A stretch of DNA of 64,000 bases from Curvularia clavata (taxonomy: Eukaryota), in NCBI GenBank assembly GCA_023920165.1, contig CP089277.1, positions 930,001 through 994,000 on the forward strand. Direction: 5' to 3'. The position numbers were made by a program, and so were the translations under genes. The notes beneath the pieces were generated by a model. The model was given only the letters and a program-made list of their open reading frames with translations. It ran no database searches and was not told where the DNA came from. Below, in pieces: positions 47,661 through 59,141 of this stretch. Positions within the stretch are counted from its first letter, which is position 1, and each line of letters starts with the position of its first letter.

Positions 47661-49845
47661 GTTCATCTATCTGTTTGATTGAGCAACCCTGTTTTGCGGG
47701 TGCATAATTGCCATGATCTGTTCCCGGCGAAACCCCCATAACGAGATATGCACGGCAGTACTAGAGAGTAGAAATACCACTCTCTTGGAATGATAATGAA
47801 AAATCAAGAAAGCGTGATCGCGTTAATGTTATCGTGAGGTGGTTGAATTAAGAACTAGGATGATAGTCATCTACTGATTATCATTCTCAACATCTCTTCC
47901 TTTGTGCATGGCCGACTTGTATCTGCTACGAAGCTATTGGGTTCAGCGCTGAAAGTAGTAGAATCAAAAGTGGAATCGTCTTCGCAAACTGGTTTCAGCT
48001 GGGTTCGTTTGCACCCTTACAGCAGAGCCATCTTCACTTTCTAGCCCTTTATGTTTAGCGCGCGCCGAAGCATGTAATAGCACCCGCGTCTGCTCCGCCA
48101 CTTTGACATCAATCACATACTCTGTGCTCGACCAGATACTAGTAGGTGCGTGTTCCCAATCATTGGCGATGTGATACCGCAATGTGCTAGTGTACCAGAA
48201 ACGCCAAGTGGTCTACATTGTCTTCAAGTATCTCAAAAAAGCGACGGCTATACTCCAAATAAGCCAGATACTATACCCAAACCTACACGCCCGGTGAGGC
48301 ATAGGAAAGTATTAAAGGCGAAAGAAACAGTCTCAGCATACCAGCGATTAATACAAACAGCTGAGCGCTGCTATAACTTCCTGGGATAGTACTGATTCCT
48401 CTTCGACCATCGACCATCGAGATCGAAGAGGACTCAGACTTTGATGGCTCTCCACCTCTTCCTGCTCCAATTTCTTCCCGTCGCCGTACCTTCCGGGACC
48501 GTCGCTCCGACTCTCCTGTTACTTCGCCCCCTAGTCACTACAGGCAAACTTTTGCATCGTGCTGAGGCCATGAGGTCAAGCGCCATGCTCATGGAGAGTC
48601 TAGATGAGGAATGGGTGGTGGACATGGGTGGAGAGTATCTGGATACACCGACTGTATGGCTTTTTGCGGGAGCGCTGCACCGAAAGACCTAGGAGACTAT
48701 GGATCATAATTCAAGCTGCCATCATAGTCAGATCTGGAATCTGGAAGCTGAAAGCTAGGTTTTTCGAAAACGATTCGTACACGCAGAGTTCTCCAAGCCA
48801 TCCTGTAGACTGTTGAGAAGAGCTAGAGCCCTGCGAAGAACTGGATACTATATATATCGCGAATATCGTGAGCATGCAAGATATCTAAGACCCGATAGCC
48901 CGCAGGATTGTAGTGTAATGGGTGTAATCGTGACGGTTTGAGTTACAGTTGGTGTTGCCGGTCGTGGTTTTGGTCATGTGACGCAAAGTTTGGTTTGAGC
49001 CAACCCGCTAGCGTGTCACGTTCGCGTGCTTGCCCTTCATGCCTGTCCTATAGTGGACCGTACAACGGTCTTATTGCCACTCAGCGAATTATGCGCATCT
49101 TTGCCTAGATGCCCTCGTAGGCGTCTAGTTCTTGCTGATGAATCCACGCAAAATGTAGACAGAGGCAGTGATCTTCGATCCATCTCACTTTCCAGGACTA
49201 TGAGCCTCCGCCCTGCGCGACATTTTCCCATTTCAACAAAGCTTCGTCCAAGTCTAGGCTTTCTGTAAGAAGGTCTTGGTCCGTTGCTTGATTCGAAACT
49301 CGCTTGCATAACAGAGCGAGGCGTGCATGTTGCCGCCGCCCGATTCGTTCTTGGCTTCAACGCCTTCACGCTTTCGTCTCTGAACTGGGCAAATGAGCGC
49401 CTCGTTTAAAGCAAATCTTGTGTTTGGGTATCTGTTCCAAGACGGCCGGCTCGAATCCGAGAATCAAGCTTATAAACGACCGCGGAACTAAACGGGAGTC
49501 GCGACAATCTTGCGACATGAAGAGCAACATAACCCCAGCACCCAAGAACCCTCGCTGCCTATTGGTGTTTGACACACTATTTTTGTTGCCCATAATCGCC
49601 AAGGTGTTCGGCACATGTTCTACCTGTGTTGCATCACACGTGTACTGACAACGCCAAGACCAGACTGTGAACGTAAGCATTTGCTGCTAAGACTAAACGG
49701 TTTTTGACGGCTACTCTTATACACATCCTTCTTTGACTCTCTTAGAGCTTGTCTTCAACACTACTTCTCCTCATTTTTGATTCGACTGCTGCTGGACAGC
49801 CTATTTCCAAATCTAATTACTTCTTATAATACCAATCCAATCAAC

Positions 49846-50776
49846 ATGAAGGTTTCTCTGGAATTCGCACTAAGCCTCTTGCTCGCCGCAAGTACGGATG
49901 CTTACGTGGTTCCGTCCCGGAAAATAGGAGTGGTACGTAACACCCAGGGCATCGGCTGTACTTACAAGCCACCTAAACCCACGATTCATATGCTTACAAA
50001 AAAACCAGATATCGCTCCCTTCCCGCAACATCAACGCCCACCCTGTTGGACGTGATGTAAGCGCTCAGAGTATCAGAGAAGTCAGCAGTAGAGGAGTTCA
50101 TCGCCGCTATGCTCAAAAACAACAGGGTGGTGGGCTCACAATTGGAGGCCTCACCCTTGGTGGACCAGGCGGCGGTATTACTGGAAACGGTCTAAAGCTT
50201 GGTGGTGGTGGTGGTGGTGGTGCTGGCCAGAAAGGAAATGGTACAGCAGCAGCTGAGCCAGCACCGAAATCACCCGCTAAGGAGGCTGATAAGCCTGCTG
50301 CTGCCGAGGGGGGGAAGGCAGCTGAGAGTGGAAAAGCAGAGCCAGCAGCATGTGCAGGTGCCCCTCCGGCTGCTGAGGCAGCGAAGCCCGCTGCCGGAGA
50401 AGAGAAACCTGCCGCTGGAGAAGAGAAGCCCGCCGCTGCGGAGGGAGCGAATCCCGCGAAGAGCGGAGCGGAGGCTGGTGCTGGTGCTGGTACTGAGAAC
50501 CAACCTGGTCGTGCAGAAGGCGAAGCAGCAAAGCAGGAAGCTGCCAAGGAAGCCCAAGCGGCGAAGGGCGAGAAGGCATCCGGAAACAAAGCCACTGAGG
50601 AATCAGAAAAGTTCTCTGAGGAGTCCGGTATTACTCTTGGTGCATCTGGTGAAGCAGCAAATCTTGGTGGAAACCTGGGCATCACAAAAGGCTCTGATGG
50701 TAGCACTTCCGTCGGTGGCGAAAACGGTATTAACGTCGCTGCTAACGGCAAAGCCACTGTTGCCGGAAACGAGTAG
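49846..50776 (+). CDS. Secreted Gly/Ala/Glu/Lys-rich low-complexity protein
   Basis: Signal peptide MKVSLEFALSLLLAASTDA. Exon 49846-49932, intron 49933-50008, exon 50009-50776 (256 open codons, missed by the ORF track because that frame has no start codon). Contains KPAAGEE repeats. Confidence 0.82.
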
Positions 50777-51242
50777 CTAAAACGGCATGGAAGCATCCCT
50801 GTTTAGTCTCACTCGCATGTACACGTCTTCTAATATATATGCTCATGCAATTGGAGTTTCTTTTCGGGTTGGCAAACGGGTTCTCTCACTTCGTCGTCCG
50901 ATATTACTGCCTTTACCCAAGTCATCGTGGTGGTACCGTGGAAGATCTTCACCACTATAAATTCTGAGCTTCACCACCCTACAACAAGTTCTTGTAGGGT
51001 CCTTAACTCCGCTTAACAGTACACAAACATGAAGAGTTTCGTTAACTACTTTCTTCTGACTTCCACTGATTCTTCATCGCTTATCCAACCACAATGAGCC
51101 TAAATTTTAAATTCAATTCAACCTACTACGCTCTCCACGGGTTCACTCTCCCTACATTGTGGCTATGAGCCCATCTCTCGTGCAACTAGTAAAACCAGAA
51201 AATCAAAACAAGCTCACCTGCGCTGTCAATACAATAAAACAT

Positions 51243-51420
51243 AGCTATGACAACTACGGGTGTTTTTGAAAGTAGAGTCATGGGTGCTGAGAACACTTTA
51301 GGCAAAAGTGACTGTGGCAACTACCGCTACTTTTAGATTGGTGTTTTAAGTGCTAAGAACGTAGTCAATGATGAGTACCTATGACAGCTACGGCTACTTT
51401 TAAAAGCGGCGTTTTTTTGT
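51243..51420. repeat. Degenerate ~67-bp tandem repeat, about 2.5 copies
   Basis: Units start CTATGACAACTACGG (~51244), CTGTGGCAACTACCG (~51312) and CTATGACAGCTACGG (~51379). They share T-tracts, and the first two share GTGCT(G/A)AGAAC. Confidence 0.6.
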
Positions 51421-51632
51421 CGGCTGCCATTTCCCCGTTTCACCAGTCATGGGAGAGTTCATTTCGTCATAATACGCGCCAGCCAAGCCATCGTGCCTGC
51501 CTGGTGAATGGTGAGAGTGATACACCATGCTAGCACGGGCCACATGTGATATACTGCAGCAGCCGGCCCTCGCTCCTACTCTACACACAATCCCACCACC
51601 TGCTGCTGCCTAGCACTACAGTATACTAAAAT

Positions 51633-52615
51633 ATGGACGATATGGAGATTCCCGAATGCTTCAGGCGGATCCATGAACTACTAGACGGCACTGCCATGCA
51701 CCACAACTCTCCGTCGCTCGACGAAGCCATCAAAGAGCCTGATCACACTACAAAACAACAAACGCCATCTGTGTATGAGATGGACGAGGTTCAAATCGAG
51801 ATTCTGCGCTTGCAGAGTCACATCGATTCACTCAATGCCTACAACAGGAATCTCGCGCGGGACAATGCCAAGATGGCATCAGTCGTGTCAGAGAATCGAG
51901 AACTTCGCGACAAGCTCGCATCCGAGCAAAATATAACTGAGCAACTCACGAAAAAACTCTCCTTGAGTTCAAGTGCACTCGAGCAGGTTCTCAGCCTATC
52001 CCAGCGTCTTAGATTCAGAAACCAGAACAATGAGAGAGAACTGGAAGAGCTCCGGGCCAAGCTAGACGCTGCTGAAAAAGATCGAGACTGGTATGTTTAG
52101 ACATTTGTTGCTAAACCAGTTACTAACCTATCCGTAGGCACCGCAAACAACATACCGAGATCTTGGAAGACTGCAACATGATCAAGGCAGCCCGTGCATC
52201 CGACAATCAACGCCTCGAACAAGTTAAGAGTAGGCTCAGGCAGAGGAATCTCGCTCTCAGTCTGGAGCTGCATCGTCACCTTCGGGATGTTGCCGATTTC
52301 GTCACTCATCTTGACCTTGCTGCCGAAGAGGTGCGCGTTTATACGTGCTACCATAATAACTTGAAAGAGATCACTCCAAAAAGTGATAAAAGCACACGCA
52401 TCAAACCAATGGGGATGATCGCCAATGAAATGTACAAGAATTGGGCGGATGATGAGCGTTTTAAGGAAGAATATCAGCAGGCAAGAAAGGCTATTTGTAA
52501 CCATCATGGCGCTCACGAGAAAGCAGGACATGTAAATGGAGACTACGTGAGCCACCTCAAGGCAGTTTTGGGGGATTTGGATTGGAGGAGAGGCATCTCA
52601 CAACCTTCTTCATAG
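51633..52615 (+). CDS. Hypothetical coiled-coil protein
   Basis: Exons 51633-52090 and 52138-52615; intron GTATGT...CTAAC...GTAG joins the two ORFs in frame. Long Leu/Glu/Lys/Arg heptad stretches. Confidence 0.7.
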
Positions 52616-52776
52616 CCGAAGTCATCATACACTGAAGGCAATTTAGCAGCACGATCTGCGTGGGATAGGTTGATGATATCGTGCGGAAAGAGTCACCACA
52701 AGGCTTTCATCATGAGCGCATATTTCGAGTCACTAAACGAAGGAAATGTTTCCAAATACCCCAATTCTCTTCCCAT

Positions 52777-53472
52777 CTATTCTGTAAAATGCCCTTCAAC
52801 ATGTCTCGCAACAGCAATTTCATCGCCCTCGAACTCCCCACAAACCGGACACACCGCCGTCTCCTCTCTCCCTCCCCCTCCCAGTCTCTCTTCATGCCTT
52901 CGATCAGCCTCCTCCAACGCAGCAAATAACCCTGTATCTGCCAAGGGTTGCTGTCTACTCTCATCATAGAAATACTCATCCCCCTCTCTAACATCCCTTT
53001 CCACTCTCACCCCTAGCATCCTGCCCCTCACTCTTGCACCTCCAGCTTCCCCATCTCTCCCCAACCCCGCCTCCGGCCCCCCAACAAGCGCCTCGCCTGC
53101 CTCACCATCGCTCTGGCTGATTAGACTCTGTACACGCCCGACGCGTCCGTCTCTTAGCCGCACTTTTACGCCGCGAGGATGGTCGCCGCGTGTGAGCAGC
53201 TCGGCTACGATGCCGGCGACCCGGTGGCCAGTGGGTTGGTCTTGTTTGAGGACTAGGGAGACGGGGGTGCCGGGATGGATGGAGGAGTGGGCGGGGACAG
53301 GACTATATGCTTGAGAGGGGCGGAAGTTACGGTTGCTGTGGTGGTTGGTGTCGCCTCTACCGCCACGGTGGGAAGATGATGTTCCTCGTCCCTGGCCTCG
53401 GCCTCGTCCGCGGTCGGAGGATGCGTTGGAGCGAGGTTGGCGATTGGGGTGGTTGCGCCGTCCGGTTTGCAT
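52777..53472 (-). CDS. YwbE/DUF2196-family protein with an RG-rich N-terminus and a C-terminal C2H2/UBZ-like zinc finger
   Basis: IHPGTPVSLVLKQDQPTG..V.GIVAELLTRGDHPRGVKVRLRDGRVGRVQ is the YwbE signature. The tail is CPVCGEFEGDEIAVARHVEGHF. Confidence 0.85.
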   Translation of the reverse strand: MQTGRRNHPNRQPRSNASSDRGRGRGQGRGTSSSHRGGRGDTNHHSNRNFRPSQAYSPVPAHSSIHPGTPVSLVLKQDQPTGHRVAGIVAELLTRGDHPRGVKVRLRDGRVGRVQSLISQSDGEAGEALVGGPEAGLGRDGEAGGARVRGRMLGVRVERDVREGDEYFYDESRQQPLADTGLFAALEEADRRHEERLGGGGREETAVCPVCGEFEGDEIAVARHVEGHFTE

Positions 53473-54443
53473 CTTGATGTTTTCCTTTGGAAGATTCGTC
53501 TCCTTGCTGTTGAATTTGGGTTTTCTTTGAGAATAGGATTTTGCTACGACTTCGCTGGTGTTTCTCAACTTCTCGGTTTAGATGTTGTGATAAGTCAGAC
53601 AGGTTTGTCTGCTTCTATCGCCTCCTCTCAAACAATGTGGCTCTTCTCCTATCTCTTTCAAATAGTTTGATTTCCTCCCTGGCTATCTGCAAAAGCCTCT
53701 ATATCCAAGATTTCCTATAAGGGTGCAAAATCGTGGTTTTTGTGTGCGTCGTCTACGCTATCTTTGTGCAGAAAAGCTAAAGCCCAAGTCACAACATCAA
53801 CGCGAAGCTCTTCTGTTGAACAAAAAGAAGTGCAATGTGTTGAGAATTTTCCTAGACGCGCATCTATCTTTTGCCCTTTGCTCTACTAGGAGACAAATGA
53901 ATCTCCCCTAATGACAAGACGTTAATCCATTTTGCACTATGAGTATTTTGAGGCTAGCGTAGCTTACGTCATTGGCTCAACGTCGTCTAGCGTAAAAAGT
54001 TTAAGCCTTTAGTCGACTTAGCCCAATCGTCGGATATCCCCATTCACCAATAGGTCTTCCACGGCGAGCATTTGAACAATATACGAAGCGGTAATTTCAT
54101 ACACACAACCATATATTGAAATCTAAAGAAATCGATCCTCAGCTAGGTTGTCTCGCCATAAGATCCTTATCATGGGGCCTGCCAACCCTTTAAAGTATGC
54201 AACAAACACGCAGTAGCCATCAAAGACGCCAGCAATGCAACCAACGCATCAGCCCCAAATACAGGAGAAGTGAGACCAAGCGAGCGTACGAATCTATCGC
54301 TCGCGCGACTCCTTTACCCAACGCCATGTATGAGATTTGCCGGAAAATGTGTCGTGCCAAGGGGTATACACATGAATCAAAGGTCGTCTTGGTGCATCCC
54401 AAAGTACATTTGGGAACCAGAGAACGACGGGTGTTTTTGTTGT

Positions 54444-56577
54444 TTAGAATGGGTAACCGCCAGGCGGTCCTCTGGTGCGGCCGCCGCCAGGCATGCCGCC
54501 CATGCCGCCGAAAGGACTGCCACCGCCGGTGCTGAAGTGGAAGCCGCCGCCGCCACCTCGACCACCTCCCATGCCTCCTCCCATGCCGCCAAACATCTGC
54601 ATGACTGTGACTGCCGTTAGCTGTGTCCTTCGAGAAGATATCATAGTAGTACTCACGAATCTCAGGGTCGATGCCACCGCCCATACCTCCTCCCATGCCA
54701 CCACCACCAAACATGTCAGAGGGGTCGACGAGATCGGCACCAGAGTCGTATCTCTCTCGCTTCTGGGGGTCACTCAGCGTCTCGTGCGCCTCTTGGATCT
54801 CCTTGAACCTATCAACGGCCTCGGGATCATCGGGGTTCTTGTCGGGGTGGTGGATGATGGCCAACTTTCGGTAGGCCTTCTTGATTTCGGTCTCCGTTGC
54901 GTCCTTTTGGATACCAAGAATCTTGTAGTAATCCTTCCTCTTGCTCTTCTTGAGCTCCATCTCGGCATCACGAATCTCTTTGGCAATACCAGGCTCCGAA
55001 GGGTTTTCTTCGGCAATAGCCTTGAGATCGCGCAATGCCTCCTCCCAGTTTCCGCTCTCGCCCAAAGCCTTGGCCCTGGTCTTCCGTGCCTTTGTGTAGC
55101 TCGGATCCAGTTCAAGTGCTTTCTCACAATCGGCAATGGCTTGCTTCCAGCTCTTTTGCCGGCTGTGGCAGAGGGCTCGGTTCTGCAGGATCTTCGAGTT
55201 TGTGTTCTTGTTCGAAGGGTCGACTTCGAGCGCTTGTGAGTAGATGTCAATAGCTTCTTGATATCTACCAGACTTGAAGGCAGCATTGCCCTCCTGCTTC
55301 ATGCGGTCCAGCTTCTGTACCATTCGCAAGTACTTGACTGCAGCCTTGAAGTCGGGGTCGCAGTTTAGTGCTTGCCGGAAGTGCTGAATGGCCTTGTCAT
55401 TCTCGCCTTGAGCGTAAAGAATACGTCCACGCAATACCAGGGCATCTGGGTCTTGGTTGTTGTATCGCAGTAACGACATGACGACGTTCTGTGCCTCTCC
55501 AAGTGCGTTGGCACTGTTCATTCGCAGATGAGCTTCTCCCCGCATCAGCTGCCACTTTCTTGGCTTGTCCACACCAACACCGAGGCCTTTCTCAGCCTCG
55601 TTAAGAGCATATATAACCATGGAGCCTGAGCCTTCGTTCCGTGAAGTCTCCTCTGCCATGCGCAGATGCTTCTGCATAGTCAGCGCAGGCTGCTTGTCCT
55701 TGGTCGAAGCACCAATCGAGTCGTACACCTCCAAAGCCTCGTCGGGCCTGCCCAAGCTGGTGTACACTCGGCCTAATCGCAGCAGAATCTTCATGTTGTT
55801 GGGGTCGAGCTCGTCTGCCGTCTTGCAGTCCTCCAAAGCCTCATAGAAGCGGTTTGCAGAAATGTAGGCAGCGGCGCGGTTGGAATAGTAGGTGGCATTC
55901 TTGGGGTCGGCCTCGATGGCTGTGGATGGGTTAGCCCAAGAGTCTAATTAGTGCACTGTAGCGCAACGCTTCGGCTGACAGCCGTACTACAGGCATGTCG
56001 AGTATTGCCAGTGTAACGACGCACCTTTGGAGTATTCCTCGATTGCTCTAGGGTAGTCTTTGATCTTGAAAAACTTGTTGCCCGCAGCCTTGTATTCCTC
56101 GGCATCGATGGTCGGAGGCTGAGCGGGCGGTGTGGCCGCCTCGGGGGTTGCTGCGTAGTTGGCTGTAGGGGGCGGTGGGCTCTTTGTATATCGGTGTGGT
56201 GGAGGGGCTGGCCCATCTGGCACGCCGTTGGAGCCATTTGTCTTTGGGGCGTCTACTGCCGGGCTCGAGGGAGCGGGGGAGGAGGAGTGTTCCCTGTCTA
56301 CGTCCATTGGCTGGGGCGTAGGCTGGTCCATGGCAGCGGACATTTGAAACGAAAGGCGCTGGCGCTCTTCGGGCGGGAGATTTAGCGGGTGTGAGTCGTG
56401 GTCGTATTTGGACGAACGCTTCGACGAGTAGGAGCTGGAGCGGCGGGAGGAACGTTCCCTGTCCCTTAGCTTTGCGTGAGAGAGCTTGTCGGGAGAGGCG
56501 GGAGGAGTGTCTGAGCCGGTCTGGGGTGTGGGCCTGTGTTTTTTGGATGATTTAGCAAAGAGGGAGGGAAGAACCAT
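54444..56577 (-). CDS. DNAJC7: TPR + J-domain co-chaperone (DNAJC7/Tpr2-like)
   Basis: Exons 56577-56025, 55919-54657, 54604-54444. Multiple TPRs ([33 protein letters not shown]), J-domain KDYYKILG...[14 protein letters not shown] and a G/F-rich tail. Confidence 0.93.
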
Positions 56578-58065
56578 GTGGGCGAAGTGCGGGAGAGTGG
56601 CGGCCTGGTGGTTGACTGGGGCGCTGGAAATTTAGTCGGGCGATTGTTGGAGAATCCAGGGTGGATGAAAATTAAAGCTGGGATTTGGGTCTTCCCGTTG
56701 CTAGAACGTTCCATATCAGCGAGGGTAATCCCGCTAGCAAATCTGCCACACTGGCAAGCCGCAGCGGACGTGCATCGGAAGGCTGGGGGGAGGCGCAGGT
56801 GCGCGGTCAGTCCCTTGTGCGGAAGCGGCCAAGCGTTTTGTATATTTTATTATCGTAGCTTTTTTTCCCGGGATATGGGCATGTTTGCAGGTATAATTAT
56901 ATGGCGGGATCTAGGCTAGATCCGTCGTCCCGGCTGCATCACAATGCGGAACTGCAGTACATGGCCACGACAAGCAGAAGTCAACCATGGCGACTCTACG
57001 CAGCCCCTCTACGCTCTGCTGCAACCGACAGGCAAAAAGAGACGAGTTCCTGAGGCAACGGTCCATCTGCAGCGAGCGAGGCTGGGGCGCGCACTGTTAC
57101 CAGATCGACACACCGTGCACACGGGGTGCGTGAGTTCGTCCACTCCCAACGCTCGTATCCCCCCTCCGCAGTGGCATGATGCGCTGGCCTCTTTGATAGC
57201 CACCAGCCTGCTTGTTTGTGTGCCAATACAAGACATTTCTTATTTGCGGTGCGGTGGCTCCACAACATGGACAGCGGGCTTGGCAACGCTTGAAGCGATT
57301 ACTGGAAGACGAGCATCGATGCCATGACTCGCTGCGCTGCAACCAGCCATTCGTGCACTCTCGCGTGCACACTGGCATCTAAGTTGCAAAAAGAAGCAGT
57401 ACAAGAAATCCTATTCATTTTCAATACACCATTGTGAGCTCGATCGCCAGCCTGCTGCTGCGGCGCCGCGTCTTCAGCTGATTATCTCGCCTCATCACAG
57501 CTTCTATTGGCTGTAACACTGGCTGGTTCCCATGATGGACCCCGCTCTAGGCACTCTTTCCCCCCAGCCTTGGACGTTGTCAAACATGCTCGTACTGTAC
57601 TTCAACTTTACTTACTCACTGTCCAAACTATAGCTACACTCGAGACATAACCCAAGCCTGAGCCGGCGCTGTTATATTTAAACATTACGCGTGTTCCAAC
57701 TAGCCACGCCTCTTCCCGCTCGTCCTTCCCCTCCGTCATCCCGCCCGCACGTGCCATTAGGTACCAGCAGCCCGGCGTCACCTCCCCCAGCACACGTAGC
57801 CAAAGCTTCTACTCCACAACTCAAGATAGCAATCGCGCTTTGGCGCCATCCCGGGTGCCACAATCATCGGCTCTCCCAACGCTCCAGAGCCTAGCTCCCT
57901 GCCAGCACCATCGCCTCCGCTTTCGCCTCTGAACCCGGGCCAGCAGCACGTATGACAGGCGGCGACCAGCACCCAGTGGCCACTTCTGACCTCCGCCAAC
58001 CTCATCCCAGAACGCCCAAGCCCCAGCAACCTTCCATCACCGAATCTGACCACCTATTCATCATC

Positions 58066-58469
58066 ATGGGTCTTTCCTACAACATTTACCTCAACTCGTC
58101 TCGCATCTACGGCTGCAAGAACTGCAAGACGCATCTCTCCAACCACGATGACATCCTGAGCAGGGTCAGTGCGCCTGGATGCTTCACTCCCCCATCACAT
58201 GAACGTTAAGATGAATGCTGACATTCCGCATGCAGAACTTCCGCGGTCAGCATGGCAAGGCCTACTTGTTCGACAGCGTAGTCAACGTGACCGAATCTGA
58301 CCCAAACGAGCGCAACATGACGACTGGCCGCCATATTGTACGTGACATCCACTGCCGCCAGTGTAAGGAAACTGTCGGTTGGAAATACGACAAGGCCTAC
58401 GAAGCCAGCGAGAAGTACAAGGAGGGCAAGTTCATCCTGGAAGCCGAGCTCCTTTGCACCGTCACCTGA
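58066..58469 (+). CDS. Yippee-family zinc-binding protein (Moh1/YPEL-like)
   Basis: Exons 58066-58164 and 58236-58469: MGLSYNIYL...YGCKNCKTHL...SRNFRGQHGKAYLF...MTTGRHIVRDIHCRQC...VGWKYDKAYE.SEKYKEGKFILE. Confidence 0.95.
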
Positions 58470-59141
58470 GCACAGAGCTCCACTACTCGGATTTTGGCGT
58501 CTTGGATGGGCATTTGCCGGGAGTTTTGGATTGGATCAGGCAGCGTGGTTTGGGTTTTACAGACGGGGATTTTCTTTGCATTTCGGGTTTATTCGGCCGT
58601 CAACTCGCCGCTCCAGACCGGTTCTACACAGCATGTTGAACTCACTAGTTCTGTTTTCACTCCTTTATCGGCGTACTGGAGTGTCTGTTCGGAAAGAGGT
58701 GGAGAGAGATGCCTGCGACCTTCCCGCACTAAGCCGAGACCCGCTTGCATACACTCGGGGACCGGCGATGTCACGACATCTCTTTGCTGCTTCCCATGAC
58801 GGTTTCTGCCTTTGGGTCTGTCAAGAAGTACTATAATGATTTATATTGAGTTTCCAGAAACACGAGCCTACGCAGCGTGACTTCCTTGCTGACGGCTGCT
58901 ACCCCGCAGTCGGGCCTCGGCGGGGTAGCGGACACACTTCCATCACGACTTGCATTGTCCGTACCTCGGGCGCATGTCGTCAGAGCAGAGGCTTCATATG
59001 TAGGGCGTGAGCTCCACTTAATTGCATAGTTTTATTTTCATCTCTACACATACATTGTGGTACTGTTTCCTTCCATTGCCTCTCCTAATCTTCAGCCACG
59101 AATAATCACTCGGCTCAGATTTGCACTTACCTAAACACAGC

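Noticed and set aside
47964..48880. Short ORFs suggesting a further gene or pseudogene in the island
   Set aside because: Could not be spliced into a coherent frame and no family motif was recognised.
50113..50796. 227-aa minus-strand ORF and 193-aa alternative plus frame
   Set aside because: Shadows of the spliced secreted-protein gene, which has a signal peptide and canonical splice sites.
51243..51420. Spaced repeats as a CRISPR-like array
   Set aside because: Eukaryotic context, degenerate units similar along most of their length, only ~3 copies and no cas genes.
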